From a virus, in IMG/VR virus record IMGVR_UViG_3300027706_000007, positions 1 through 64,000 of that record: DNA of 64,000 nucleotides, one strand, 5' to 3'. Shown piece after piece: positions 28,581 to 39,700 of the stretch (the stretch's first letter is position 1; the number at the start of each line of letters is the position of its first letter). The position numbers and the translations under genes were made by a program. The notes beneath the pieces were generated by a model that saw nothing but the letters and a program-made list of their open reading frames with translations, had not been told where the DNA came from and did no database searches.

Positions 28581-29050
28581 AGCGCGCGAGTAAATAGATA
28601 CGCACTTTCGCCATCAGGATAGTATGCCGGAATAAGAATTTCAAGTTGCCAGCTAGCCTTACGATACACACGTTGTGCATTCTCATTAGATACGCGAACA
28701 TGTAGATAGGCTAATTTAAGATGAGCATTTTTCGCGGCAGATAAGAACGCATGAATTAAATTTGTCGCGATTCCTAATTTCCTATATCTCGTTTCAACTG
28801 CTATTGACGCGAGCAGTGCAGCTTCAAAATTTGCGTTTAGATAATTAAATTGCTGTTTAATCCCGAGTAAATAACCTAATACTTTATTACTTTTTTTATC
28901 TACCGCAACAAAACTTAGATGTGGAGGTTTGGTAAGCCAAACTTGCCAAAACTCGCGAGGATAGTGTTCGGGCATAGATTTTTCATTAATTTTAATCATA
29001 TCATCTAAATGGTTTAAAGTTGCTGGTATTATTATATACAAAACTTGCAC
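28577..29050 (-). CDS. ard1: Ard1/Naa10-type N-terminal acetyltransferase (GNAT)
   Basis: INEKSMPEHY (LPENY), SIAV..RYRKLGIA, LHVRVSNENA..Y and YYPDGESAY. Confidence 0.85.
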   Translation of the reverse strand: MQVLYIIIPATLNHLDDMIKINEKSMPEHYPREFWQVWLTKPPHLSFVAVDKKSNKVLGYLLGIKQQFNYLNANFEAALLASIAVETRYRKLGIATNLIHAFLSAAKNAHLKLAYLHVRVSNENAQRVYRKASWQLEILIPAYYPDGESAYLFTRAL

Positions 29051-29721
29051 AACATTTAAAAAGTGGGATATTTAAAGTTTTTCTAATTTTGATTATCGCA
29101 AATAAAAACGAACCCGAAAATTATAAAAGTTTGGCTGCGCAATTAGCAAATCCGGATGAAATAAAGATAGATTTCCTAATCGTGGGTGAAAGTAAAAAAT
29201 ATGCGATAGAGCGTAAAACTTTAGCCGATTTAATTGCAAGTCACCGTGACGGGAGAATATGGGAACAGTGCAGTTATTTAAGTGAGTTGCGCGAACAGGA
29301 TTATAAACCAATTATAATTATTGAAGAAATTGACCGCTGGAAAATTTTCAAATTCCAGCATGTAACACTCGCACAATTAGATGGTATATATATTGGAATC
29401 GCATCTTTCGGAATTCCTACTATTCGCGTTAATTCGGTTTCTGAATTTATTATGGTAATTAAAAAATTAGATGAAAAAGCAGGTAAAGAAACAAAATATG
29501 TCGCGCCAATATTTAAAGCTAAAAACAGAACCCCATATGAGATACGTGTAGATATGTTACGCCAATTAGAAGGAATTGGCCAAGTTACCGCGGAAAAAAT
29601 TTGGGAATACTGCAAAACATGGGAAAATCTTATAGAATGTATTATAGAAGAGGACGGTCAATTGATGGAAATTGTGGGGGCTAAACGTTTTAATCATTTG
29701 CGCGAAATTTTTGTTAGCTAA
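29020..29721 (+). CDS. xpf: ERCC4/XPF structure-specific nuclease with HhH (probable start TTG 29089)
   Basis: DF...IERKT..DL.AS..DGRIWEQ; HhH LEGIGQVTAEKI. Confidence 0.88.
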   Translation: MLVLLYTKLAQHLKSGIFKVFLILIIANKNEPENYKSLAAQLANPDEIKIDFLIVGESKKYAIERKTLADLIASHRDGRIWEQCSYLSELREQDYKPIIIIEEIDRWKIFKFQHVTLAQLDGIYIGIASFGIPTIRVNSVSEFIMVIKKLDEKAGKETKYVAPIFKAKNRTPYEIRVDMLRQLEGIGQVTAEKIWEYCKTWENLIECIIEEDGQLMEIVGAKRFNHLREIFVS

Positions 29722-29767
29722 ATTTAACATAACGTTTATATAAAAAGCAAAATTAGCGGAGAGTACA

Positions 29768-30352
29768 ATGAACTTCTCAACATCTGCAACAAAAAGTGCG
29801 AGCCTCGTGACATTCTTCGTAATCGTAGGCTTCGTTCTGATACAGTTCGGCACGCTGAATTTCGCTTCACATCCAACTTTGAACGCCACTCTCATGGTAC
29901 TGAGTGTAATTGGCGTTGTAATATTGTTCCAATTCGACCATAATGTACCGGGTCTGTCTGCGCAAGAACAGACATATTTAGTCATGGTCTCAACCCTTCT
30001 CATCGTCGTTGGAAATATAACTCTCCCAATGAATGTACCATGGTACTACCCTGTAGCGCTCCAAATACTCGGTGTCATTGGTTTCGGCCTAAAGGAAGCA
30101 CTCGGCGAACTACCGCCACCAACTACTTCCACAGACGGTCTAGAAAGTGTTAAGCGATTTCTCCGACAATCCGACGTTGCTCTGGTAACATTTCTTGGTG
30201 GCGTAGTAACACTAGTAGTTCTAGTTATGCGGCTGTTCGGAACAGTGGTACCATCTCTGAGCTTATCTATAGCATTTCCTGCATTGGCAACGACAGTTGT
30301 ATGGCTTATAATCAGTGCCGTTGTAGCATTTTATGCAGCAATTTCAAAGTAA
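29768..30352 (+). CDS. Multi-pass membrane protein
   Basis: About six hydrophobic helices; T-rich terminator downstream. Confidence 0.65.
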   Translation: MNFSTSATKSASLVTFFVIVGFVLIQFGTLNFASHPTLNATLMVLSVIGVVILFQFDHNVPGLSAQEQTYLVMVSTLLIVVGNITLPMNVPWYYPVALQILGVIGFGLKEALGELPPPTTSTDGLESVKRFLRQSDVALVTFLGGVVTLVVLVMRLFGTVVPSLSLSIAFPALATTVVWLIISAVVAFYAAISK

Positions 30353-30380
30353 GAAACACAATAATAAAATATTCACCAAA

Positions 30381-30396
30381 TGTTTTTTATTTTTTA
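30381..30396 (+). terminator. Oligo-T archaeal-type terminator
   Basis: tgttttttattttttaa after the stop at 30352. Confidence 0.45.
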
Positions 30397-30463
30397 AAAG
30401 CTTTACTGTAAAGTTTAATAGAGAAAAGGTTTAAATATAACAAAATAAAAAATAAAAATTGAT

Positions 30464-30682
30464 ATGTCGTCTGTAAGTCTTTCGATTATATCGTATGCGC
30501 CAATACCCGGAGTTAGGATATTTTACTGGGCGAATCACACTGGTTCGCTTGGTGTACTTTCTACCGGCACGGTTACTGAAAACTGGGCCAACTCCAACAC
30601 GCCAACCTATACCGAATCCCATAGCGGTACTGTAACAGCGTTTGGGTCGGGTGGGTCAGGGCAGGTTCTCTGGACATCCTAA
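30464..30682 (+). CDS. Small Ser/Thr/Gly-rich putative virion protein
   Basis: TATA (tttaaata) about 30 nt upstream. Confidence 0.5.
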   Translation: MSSVSLSIISYAPIPGVRIFYWANHTGSLGVLSTGTVTENWANSNTPTYTESHSGTVTAFGSGGSGQVLWTS

Positions 30683-30729
30683 GCGCTACAAAATATTTAA
30701 ATAAAACGTTTTTATATTTCCTTTTACGT

Positions 30730-33204
30730 ATGTCTAATAATCAGTCTCCTTATCCGTACGCACAAGTTCTTGAAGTAAATCAACCTTCTGGGTCACTTCC
30801 CCCTGAACAGCAACCACCTCAAAAAGAACCTCCCACAAGAGAGCCGTCTCCTGAACTGCCGCCAAAAGAGCCGCCAGAAAAAGAACCCGAACCAGAAAAA
30901 TCGTCATCATCGTTTGAGGTTCCGCGGAAAATAAGAATACCCGATAGGTTAGCGAATGATGTAAAAATTTTGGCGGAATATGCAATTAAGACTGATGGAG
31001 AAGCGGGAGGTTTCTTGGTAATTGGATTGCATGGAAATGTCGGGGTTATCTCAGAACAATTGGGAGAAAACCGCGAGATTGTGCTAAAACCGAATGAAAA
31101 ATTACATGAGGGAGAATTATATATAGGAACTGTTCACTCACACCCTGTATGCGTAATAGGAGATTTTGTTTTGATAGAAACGGAACGAGGTCGTATTCCT
31201 ATAAAGGATGTAAGAGTAGGAGATTCGGTATTATCATATGGTGGTGTTTATCGCAAAGTAATCGACAAGATAACTTTCCCATACAGAGGAAAACAAACAA
31301 CTGTGACAATTGATTTAAGAAAGCCGAAGGAACATAAGTTTCAAAAACTTACGACAACTTTCAACCACCCATATAGGATTTTTAGAGAAGGAAAAGAGCT
31401 TTGGGTACTTGCTGAAGAACTTAGAATAGGAGACGAAATATTTGTCCCGGAATATCTACTCAATTTCTGTCTAGTTTGTAAAAAACCGATAAATAACATC
31501 AGCCAATATTGTTCTAGAAAATGCCGTTTTATTCACAATTATAATCCAAAAAATCCAAGCGAAAAATGCTTTTATTGTGGAAAACAAATCTCTGGTCGCT
31601 ATCCATATAATAAAAAGTATTGTTCTTTGAGTTGCCACATGAAAGATGCTCATCAAAAAGGACTAGTTCCTATTCACAAGTTTGACAATTTTAATCCAGA
31701 ATTCCAAAGAAAAGCCAAATTAGCAAGATTCAAAACAGCAAAGGGAGGAAGTCGTTGGGAGCGCGTTGTTTTTGATTATTTAAAAAAGATGGGCGTGACT
31801 GGACTTGAGAAACAATATCCTGTTCAAATTGGAACGTATACTACCTATGCTGGAAAACGAACTATACCTAGATTCATTTTTATGGATATTGCTATTCCAG
31901 AACGAAAGATTGACATTGAGATAGACGGCGAATTATGGCACAGAATGAGAAAAGAAGAAGATGAACAACGAGATAAGAAGCTCGAAGAAATGGGCTGGAC
32001 AGTTATTCGAATTCCTGCTCGTCAAGTAGCTTCTAACGCATTTAGTGAAATTCTTGCTCCCTTATTTAACATCCCTCTTCTTGCAGACCCCCCAATTAAT
32101 TTTGTTAAAATACCCATATTGAAAGTTGAAACTAAGACAGCTTCTCATGCACATGCTATAGGATTAACAATAGAAGGAAATAACTATGATGAAAATTCGG
32201 TAGTAACTAACGGAATTCTAACTCATAACACAGATTTACAATCGACTGGCGACGTTATTAGTTTTCTCGCGGATGAAAAAGAGAAAGTAATGCTCGTTAC
32301 GGGCGCGGATAGTTCAATTAATATTTCATTCAAAACACAATTTACAAAAGAAGGCGATTTCTCACGAGATATACGCGAGCATTTCAAACAAAAAGATATG
32401 TTAGAAATGTCGAAAATATATGGATTTTTGTGGTATCGCGGAGAAAATTTCTCAACCGAATTGGAATTACAAACAAAAGAACTTGGCGAGTTAAAGTTGC
32501 AACCCATAGAAGAAACGTGGAATATAGAAGATTTGCTAGAAGCGCTCGATATTAAAGGCTCGCCCGAGTTGCCAAATGATTATTCAACAAAGAAGTATCC
32601 GAAGAAATCTAAGCAAGATGAATCGCGTGGAATGACTCAACTCGAATTAAAACATTATATGGATAACTCATTTAAATTGCTCTCGGATATTGAAGAAGGT
32701 TACGCTAGCGCGGGAGGATTTAGTAGAGATATGGCTACGCGGATAGCTAACACATTTCCTAAGTGGATAAATTCTCTCAATCGTGTTCTAGAAGGCGTTG
32801 ATGACCCCGAGTTATATAAGCGCGCGATAGAATTACTAGACCGAATACAAAATGTTTATGGGCTTGCGGTCGATACGCTTGGTGGAAAAACGATGGTCGA
32901 AGATTATAGCGATGTCGCGGAAAATTTGTTAACCAGATTACGTCCTAAACTTCAAAAACTATTTAATGAGCTAAATTATCTAGAGTCTATATACTCAAAA
33001 CAGGGCTATTTCGATTCTAAAGAGTTAAACTACATTCTGTCCGATTTTCCCGAAATGGTGGAGTTAATTAATAAATTGAATTTCGAGAAAATAGATAACG
33101 CGACCGCTTCAAAACTTTTTGAAGCAGTTGAACGCGCGTCAAGTCTTTATAATTTAGCACTGGCTCAAACACAAGAACGTGACCCATTAGTCGAAGAGAA
33201 ATAA
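30730..33204 (+). CDS. Intein-containing JAB/JAMM (MPN+) metalloprotease with Pro-rich N-terminus and two helical C-terminal repeats
   Basis: E in DGEAGG; after splicing HSHPV|TDLQSTGD = HxH...SxxD. Confidence 0.8.
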   Translation: MSNNQSPYPYAQVLEVNQPSGSLPPEQQPPQKEPPTREPSPELPPKEPPEKEPEPEKSSSSFEVPRKIRIPDRLANDVKILAEYAIKTDGEAGGFLVIGLHGNVGVISEQLGENREIVLKPNEKLHEGELYIGTVHSHPVCVIGDFVLIETERGRIPIKDVRVGDSVLSYGGVYRKVIDKITFPYRGKQTTVTIDLRKPKEHKFQKLTTTFNHPYRIFREGKELWVLAEELRIGDEIFVPEYLLNFCLVCKKPINNISQYCSRKCRFIHNYNPKNPSEKCFYCGKQISGRYPYNKKYCSLSCHMKDAHQKGLVPIHKFDNFNPEFQRKAKLARFKTAKGGSRWERVVFDYLKKMGVTGLEKQYPVQIGTYTTYAGKRTIPRFIFMDIAIPERKIDIEIDGELWHRMRKEEDEQRDKKLEEMGWTVIRIPARQVASNAFSEILAPLFNIPLLADPPINFVKIPILKVETKTASHAHAIGLTIEGNNYDENSVVTNGILTHNTDLQSTGDVISFLADEKEKVMLVTGADSSINISFKTQFTKEGDFSRDIREHFKQKDMLEMSKIYGFLWYRGENFSTELELQTKELGELKLQPIEETWNIEDLLEALDIKGSPELPNDYSTKKYPKKSKQDESRGMTQLELKHYMDNSFKLLSDIEEGYASAGGFSRDMATRIANTFPKWINSLNRVLEGVDDPELYKRAIELLDRIQNVYGLAVDTLGGKTMVEDYSDVAENLLTRLRPKLQKLFNELNYLESIYSKQGYFDSKELNYILSDFPEMVELINKLNFEKIDNATASKLFEAVERASSLYNLALAQTQERDPLVEEK
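31150..32229 (+). mobile_element. Intein with Zn fingers and a DUF559/Vsr-like endonuclease (360 aa)
   Basis: Starts CVIGD..IETERG; block B TFNHP; CxxC..YCSxxC twice; MDIAIP..KIDIEIDGELWH...RD..LEEMGWTVIRI; ends GILTHN|T. Confidence 0.9.
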
Positions 33205-33252
33205 CCGCGCAAACGAAATATTTATAATGTTAAAGTCTATTAGTATATTTAA

Positions 33253-33744
33253 TTGAGCGCGAGCGGAGAAGTTTCTTTATCAACGACAGCTTCAATAGGT
33301 GGTACCTATTATCTAAATACAGAAAGTTCCGTATCTTTAACCGCGTCAATTATAGGTCAAAATCCGCCCGGGCAAATTCAAATAAATAACATATCTTTTA
33401 ACGTAAAATCATTTCAAATTTCTAAAGCCGCGAAATATAGAATTTATAGATTGCCTGCGTATGGGTATAGTACCCCATCCGGATTCACGTATGCAAAATC
33501 GTATTCAGATTCAATACTTATGCTCGGAGCATCCAATCGCGTATTTACTTTAACATTTGAAATTATTTCTTCCGCGCAATTAGAAAGTCTTCTTCAGCAA
33601 TTTCAAGCTCCCAGTTTGCAGTTATCAGAAGTGGACGGTACATTACATTTAGTCGCAGTTAAAGATATACAATCAATAACATTCACGGGTGGACTCGTGC
33701 AAATATACGAGGTTCAAGTCGAATTTGTTGAATTAAACGCGTAG
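33253..33744 (+). CDS. Putative distal-tail (Dit-like) protein
   Basis: LGASNRVFTLTF...YEVQVEFVEL pattern; directly upstream of the giant tail protein. Confidence 0.5.
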   Translation: MSASGEVSLSTTASIGGTYYLNTESSVSLTASIIGQNPPGQIQINNISFNVKSFQISKAAKYRIYRLPAYGYSTPSGFTYAKSYSDSILMLGASNRVFTLTFEIISSAQLESLLQQFQAPSLQLSEVDGTLHLVAVKDIQSITFTGGLVQIYEVQVEFVELNA

Positions 33745-33799
33745 ATGTGCACGCTAATAAAGAAATGTTTTTATACTTTAAATGCGCGATTAAAAACAA

Positions 33800-36700
33800 T
33801 TGAGCCAAATCGTAAGCAGCCAAACAGCAGGTATCTACCAGCAAAATGGACAGGATGAACAGGTTCTAACTGGTAGCAGCCCCGGATTATCAATAAATAA
33901 TATTGCATTTAATAAACCAGTACAAGCAGGAAGTTTACTTGTGGTAGCTGTAACTGCTACATTACCTTTCGGAGGATTTCAAAATTACGCTTCTTCTATA
34001 ACTGATGCACTCGGTCTCTCTTGGTTTACAACCGAAGAGAGAACTAATAATACAGTCGCTAGTATATATTATGCATGGGCATCAGTTGGAGGTAACGAAT
34101 CTATGACAGTTGGATACAGCACAAATAACTCGGGTTATACGGCTTATGTTAGTTGGGAAGTTTATGAAATTCGTGGCGCATTAAATTATAATACAATAGG
34201 ACAAACAGGTAATGGAACCTCGCCACCGGCTGGTGTTGCGCAGGTTATTAATTATAATATAGGAGGTCTCTTAATATCTGCTACTGGATTATACGAACTC
34301 GGGGGTTTACCTACCCCAACTTTAGGTTTTACCACTGATAGAGTTGTTTCTTCATATAGTCTTATTCAACATAATATACCTTCTTTAAATGGTTCAACGC
34401 AATGTCTAGTTAATTTCCCTTCTTCTAGTACGCAATATTGGGCTAGTGCGGCAGTATTCTTCCCCGCAGGTATTCTACCGGTTTCTTCTCCAAATAATGT
34501 AGATTATACAAATCAAGTAGAGTTATTTAGTGATTTCACGATTCCTTCTAATGTTCTTAAAACAAATATTATAAACGGTCAACCAGATGATATGTATCTC
34601 TTTGCGGGTTGCTATACTTATCCGACACTAGTAAATGCCACAACAGCAAGTGACCAAGCTTCAGCATCAACCACATTATCTATATTATTACAACAGACTA
34701 CAGAACCGTGTGTAATAATTGCATGTGCGGTTACTAATGGTAGCGGAGTTTTTTTGAGTAGTACTTCGCTCGTATGGCAACAGCGTTTTGCAGATTCTAC
34801 AACGGGTTTATATGAATGGTACGCTATCGCCGATTCTCCACTATCTAATGAGATTATCACATTGACAACATCAAATGTATCTGATTCCTATTTACAAGCT
34901 ATTGCATTATATGGTGTTACTTCCGAATTCACACTATCTACTCCCGTCGAAACGACCTTAACTAGTGCAAGCAGCACTTTGAATTATTCTTCATCGGGAA
35001 ATGGAATGACAGTAATTTTTGTGTTTGATAGCGATACAAATGCGGGTATTTATGCGCCCGTAAATTACGGATATGTTACAGTTGCTGGTAGTTATGTAAA
35101 TCCATATTCTCAATTACGTTCATACATTGCTGCTACTGGCCCCGGTAATAATATTCAAGTACCCTTCTCTTTTTCAGGACAACAACTTTATGGTGTTCCA
35201 GCTTTAATAGATGGAATATTTATCGCTTCTCCATTTTTACAGATATCAGATACGTCGAATCAGACATGGAATGTCCGACTTGCAAAATTGGCTCCATTAC
35301 CAGACGCGAGCGAAACTAATTATACTCAGGCAGGTGATGGTTTGATGTTTTTTGAAATTTATACAATATTAACTTCAAATATTGTTCATAGTACTGTTAC
35401 TTTATCTTTACCCCACTTTAATCTTCATGGTTCCGGTTATAGTGAAGTATACGTATGGAGATTGCGTGGCGTTAATATTAGTAATCCTTTTGATACAGAT
35501 GCATCTCTAACTCAAATACAAGATTTGGGTGCAGTTCAGCCAACAATTACTTTTAGTACTATAAATTCTAATACTTTCGTTTTTCCTATATTTTTCAATG
35601 AACATCATAACGACCTTTTTGAATCTGTATCTTCTTCATCTTCTAATCCATTTTATACTATTATTGGAGATTTTTCTATGGGCGGATATACATTATTTTC
35701 TTCTTCTCAAAATAATGTAACATTTACAGCGAATGTTTCATCTATAGATTCCAGCTATCGTACTTTCATCGATGCCGTTGTTGGGAATGGCAATTTATCA
35801 GTGATTTCCGAAGGTTTTACCCAAATAAATAATGGAAATCCAATACCTTATTATATCACAATGCCTTTAACGACACAGCATTCTAATGAAGGCGTTGTTT
35901 TAGTAGCGTTAGCACAAGCCGATACGACTCCCACACAATTTTATGTACCACCGCCCCATTTAATAGTTGATACACTAAATACAAACTGGAATATAAGATT
36001 TGAAAAAACATCCCCGTTTTTCTTAAAAGAATTATGGACATATTCAACATCCATAATAACTAATGATATAATATCGTTTTATATTGAACCTAATGCTAGT
36101 TATATAGCTTTAGCAGCTATGACATGTATTAATACGCCTCCGACAGTTTTTGATAGTTCTTTTTCCAATCCTAATCTTACAACTACTATCAATTCGCAAC
36201 TCGCTTATAGTGGAGTGCCTGTATCATGTATAAAACCTCCTGCTACAGTGTTTTTATTAAGTCCTATTGGAGTTGATGGGGGATTTGACCCAAATGCGAC
36301 TTATTTTCCTAATACACCTCCTTTCTCAAGTGGCGGAGCATATTATATTGTTAATAGCGCATTTGAAAATGTGCCAATCGGGGGCGTAACATCGTTTTCA
36401 GATATATATTTTATCTTTAGCGACGTAATCTCCAATAATTATCCTCAAGTATCCGCGACCGGATTTCAGGTTGGCACTGACACAACAATGTTAGTTGTTC
36501 CTCAACAGCATAGTAATAGTTTTAATTTGTATGTATCAGGTATAGAAGGATTTGACCAGCCAGTTTCTATCGCGTATGAAATTGTGCCAATAGCAGGAAC
36601 TACAGCGCCATGGCAGGGGTCGATAACTTTTTCACCTTATCCGCCTTTACCTGCACCATATTATACAACAGTAACGGTAAACGCGGGTAATACTCCTCCC

Positions 36701-39700
36701 ACAATTACTTCCGCGCAGGTTAATCCAAATCCGCTCACACAGGGAGCGAATACGCTCGTTCCCGCGTCATATCAGATTAACTTTTATGGATATTATTTAA
36801 ATGGTAATGTAATTGAAACGTCGGCAACACCAACTGTAGTTTCTGTAGTTGTTCAGCAAGCACTTCAATATTCAATCGGGATTTCGCTTGAAAGCGAGAC
36901 CGGAGTAACCTTATCACCACAATCTTATTCGATTACGGATGCTTCATATTATGAACCAGCAAACATGCTTTATCTATGGTCTGCTAAAATTCCTTTACCA
37001 TATCAAAAGAACATATGGTACACAAACGACGGTTTATGGTGGCTGTTCTTTTTAGATGGTGTGAACGCAACTCTATCATATGCAACTAGCCCCGACGGGC
37101 AAACATGGACAGTTAACAATAGCGCGCCTCTAGGATACAATGGAAATTCTGCCATGATAAATAGTACAAGCGCATCACGGGGTGGAAACGCATCACTTTT
37201 CTCTATATCCTATGACCCAATAAATAATCTATTTTATTACGCGTGGGTAGATAACGCAACCCCGACACTCATTAACGTTGGTTCATTTAACCCAGATGCA
37301 TTCGGAAACGCGAACAACATAACGCTGCTAACCGCGCAGAGTTCGCCCTCATCTGAAATGATACAGCTTGCAACGAACGCATCAAATATATATATCGATT
37401 CAGATTCTGCTGGAGACGTATATGTTGGCGCACGTTGTTCGGGCAGTAACACACAAGTATTTTATTCCGCACTCCCCATTAGTCCGAATGTTCCTCCGCG
37501 AACATGGTCACAAATAACGGGTATAGCGAAAGTAACGGATGGAAACTATTTTATCGCGCTTAAACATTTAACGGATGCAAACGGAAATGGACATGAAATG
37601 GCTATCACTGGAACTGGAACGGGGCCGATTAATATAGTTGATATATCCGGCACTTTAACTCCAGTTTCCACGATAAATAACTATGAAATAAATCAGGGCG
37701 GAATAGCCGCGTTAACTAAGGATAGCGCTAATACAATATACTTTGCCATGCCTGAATATATTCAGCAAGTATCATCATCTACTACGTTTCCAATGTCGAT
37801 TGGTTCTTCCAGTAATGAATACTGGGCTGAAGTAGGTGCCGTATTCAATGGCGTTGCAACTCTATATAATGTCTATACTTCATCTAGTAGCTCTAACTTA
37901 ACTTCTGCGATATCTGTGACTCAGGGACGGACATATATTTGTGCAGCTACACAGAGTGTAGGGTCATCTAATACGAGTATGACAATATCGGATTCTTTAG
38001 GAAATACATGGACTTTAGTGGGAAGTATAATAGATACTAGTTCTGGTCAATACGAAGGCGCGGCTATTTGGTATATGATAGCAGCAAATACAGGAATTGA
38101 TACCGTAACTGTAACTACGATAGGAACTAGAAATAGCATGGCTATATATGAAGTGAGCGGTGTCAATTATACAAGTGAAAGTCAAGCAACAGGAAATGGA
38201 ACTTCTATTTCCGTATCAAATCAATCTTATAGCTCAGGCGCATTCTTAGTCGCAGCCACCGGTCTATATTCGAGTGGTAGTACTCAAAATGGTACACCTA
38301 ACTTTACTATCGATATTAATAATATGAGCTATTCTATAATTGAACATTTTGCTTCTTCTACTATTACCAATAATTGTACATACTTCACATATTCAGTTAA
38401 TACAAATGAGATTTCTCCCGAAACTATATTAAATACTAGTGCGTTAGCATCGCCTACTATCGCGCTCGCGTCTATAGCTTATGATGGCGCACAAACGTTA
38501 GCTATTACCGCGCTCAGTGTAAGTGGAACAGATGAATATATTTCCGTTAGTACTGACGGGGGTACAACGTGGAGCAGTTTCTATCCATTTGACACGGATG
38601 AAGCTATTGTCACACCCGCGCTTGATGTAAATAATGGCGCAGGAAACGGATTTAATTTCGCTTTTGTTATGTCGCAACTAGAAAATTCGCGCGGGCCATG
38701 GTTCGGGCAAAATATTCTAAGTTTTGCATCTCCAACTACTACGTTGGATAATTTGGCTCCTTTCATTCCGATTCGCGGGCCTACCATATATTGGGCTAGC
38801 ACAGGTTATCAGTTCGTGGGAACACAAGCCTCAACGTCCTTAAACCAGCCTACGACTATAACTGCTAATCTATTGGGAGCATATCCAAACGGTGTGAGTC
38901 CTTCTAAATTATTTGGCGATACAATTGAAGCCAGTCAGCCCATAACGATAGCAGCGCATACTGGAACGGCCACATTACCTTCGGGTAAAACTACGACTGT
39001 AACTATTTCTGCATCCTCTTTACAATCTAATTCGATGGTAGTTGTTATATTTGGCGCGGATGGAACGCCCGGAACTGTTTCTATTAATGATGCGACATTT
39101 AACTCTCGCTTTTCTGACACTCAATTAAATCTATATTCATGGTATAAATCAATTACGGCTTCGAGCTATGCAAACACGATTACAATTACCACAACAAATG
39201 CAGTCGCAACTGCATTAGAAGTTTTTATCTTAACAACCAACGGTATTATACAATATCCAGCATCTTCATCGGGGATTAGTTTGCAAAATGCTCCATCGTC
39301 ATATACTATCTCTGTCGAAGAGCAAATATTGCCTTCATTCAGCGCAACTTTGAGCGGATTAACATTATCTCCGCTCATTGTAAATAATACAATAATACCT
39401 TCATGGCAATTACATATGACCGAAACTGACTTTAATATACCTGTAAATGTACTAGTTCGAACAAATATAATAGATATTTCACAAGTTCCTGATTCGCTTC
39501 CTGAAAATGCCCCAGTAAATTCGATTCAATTACAACCCGGAGCATTAGCCGCGCTTTTAGTAAAAATATATCCTATTGATGATATAATCATATCAATGCC
39601 TCCACTACCTAACGACCCCATCTTTATTCAATTAGTGCCTGTCTTAAATGCACAATTAACAACATCTTTAGCAGATAAAATAATAATAAAAGAAAATACA

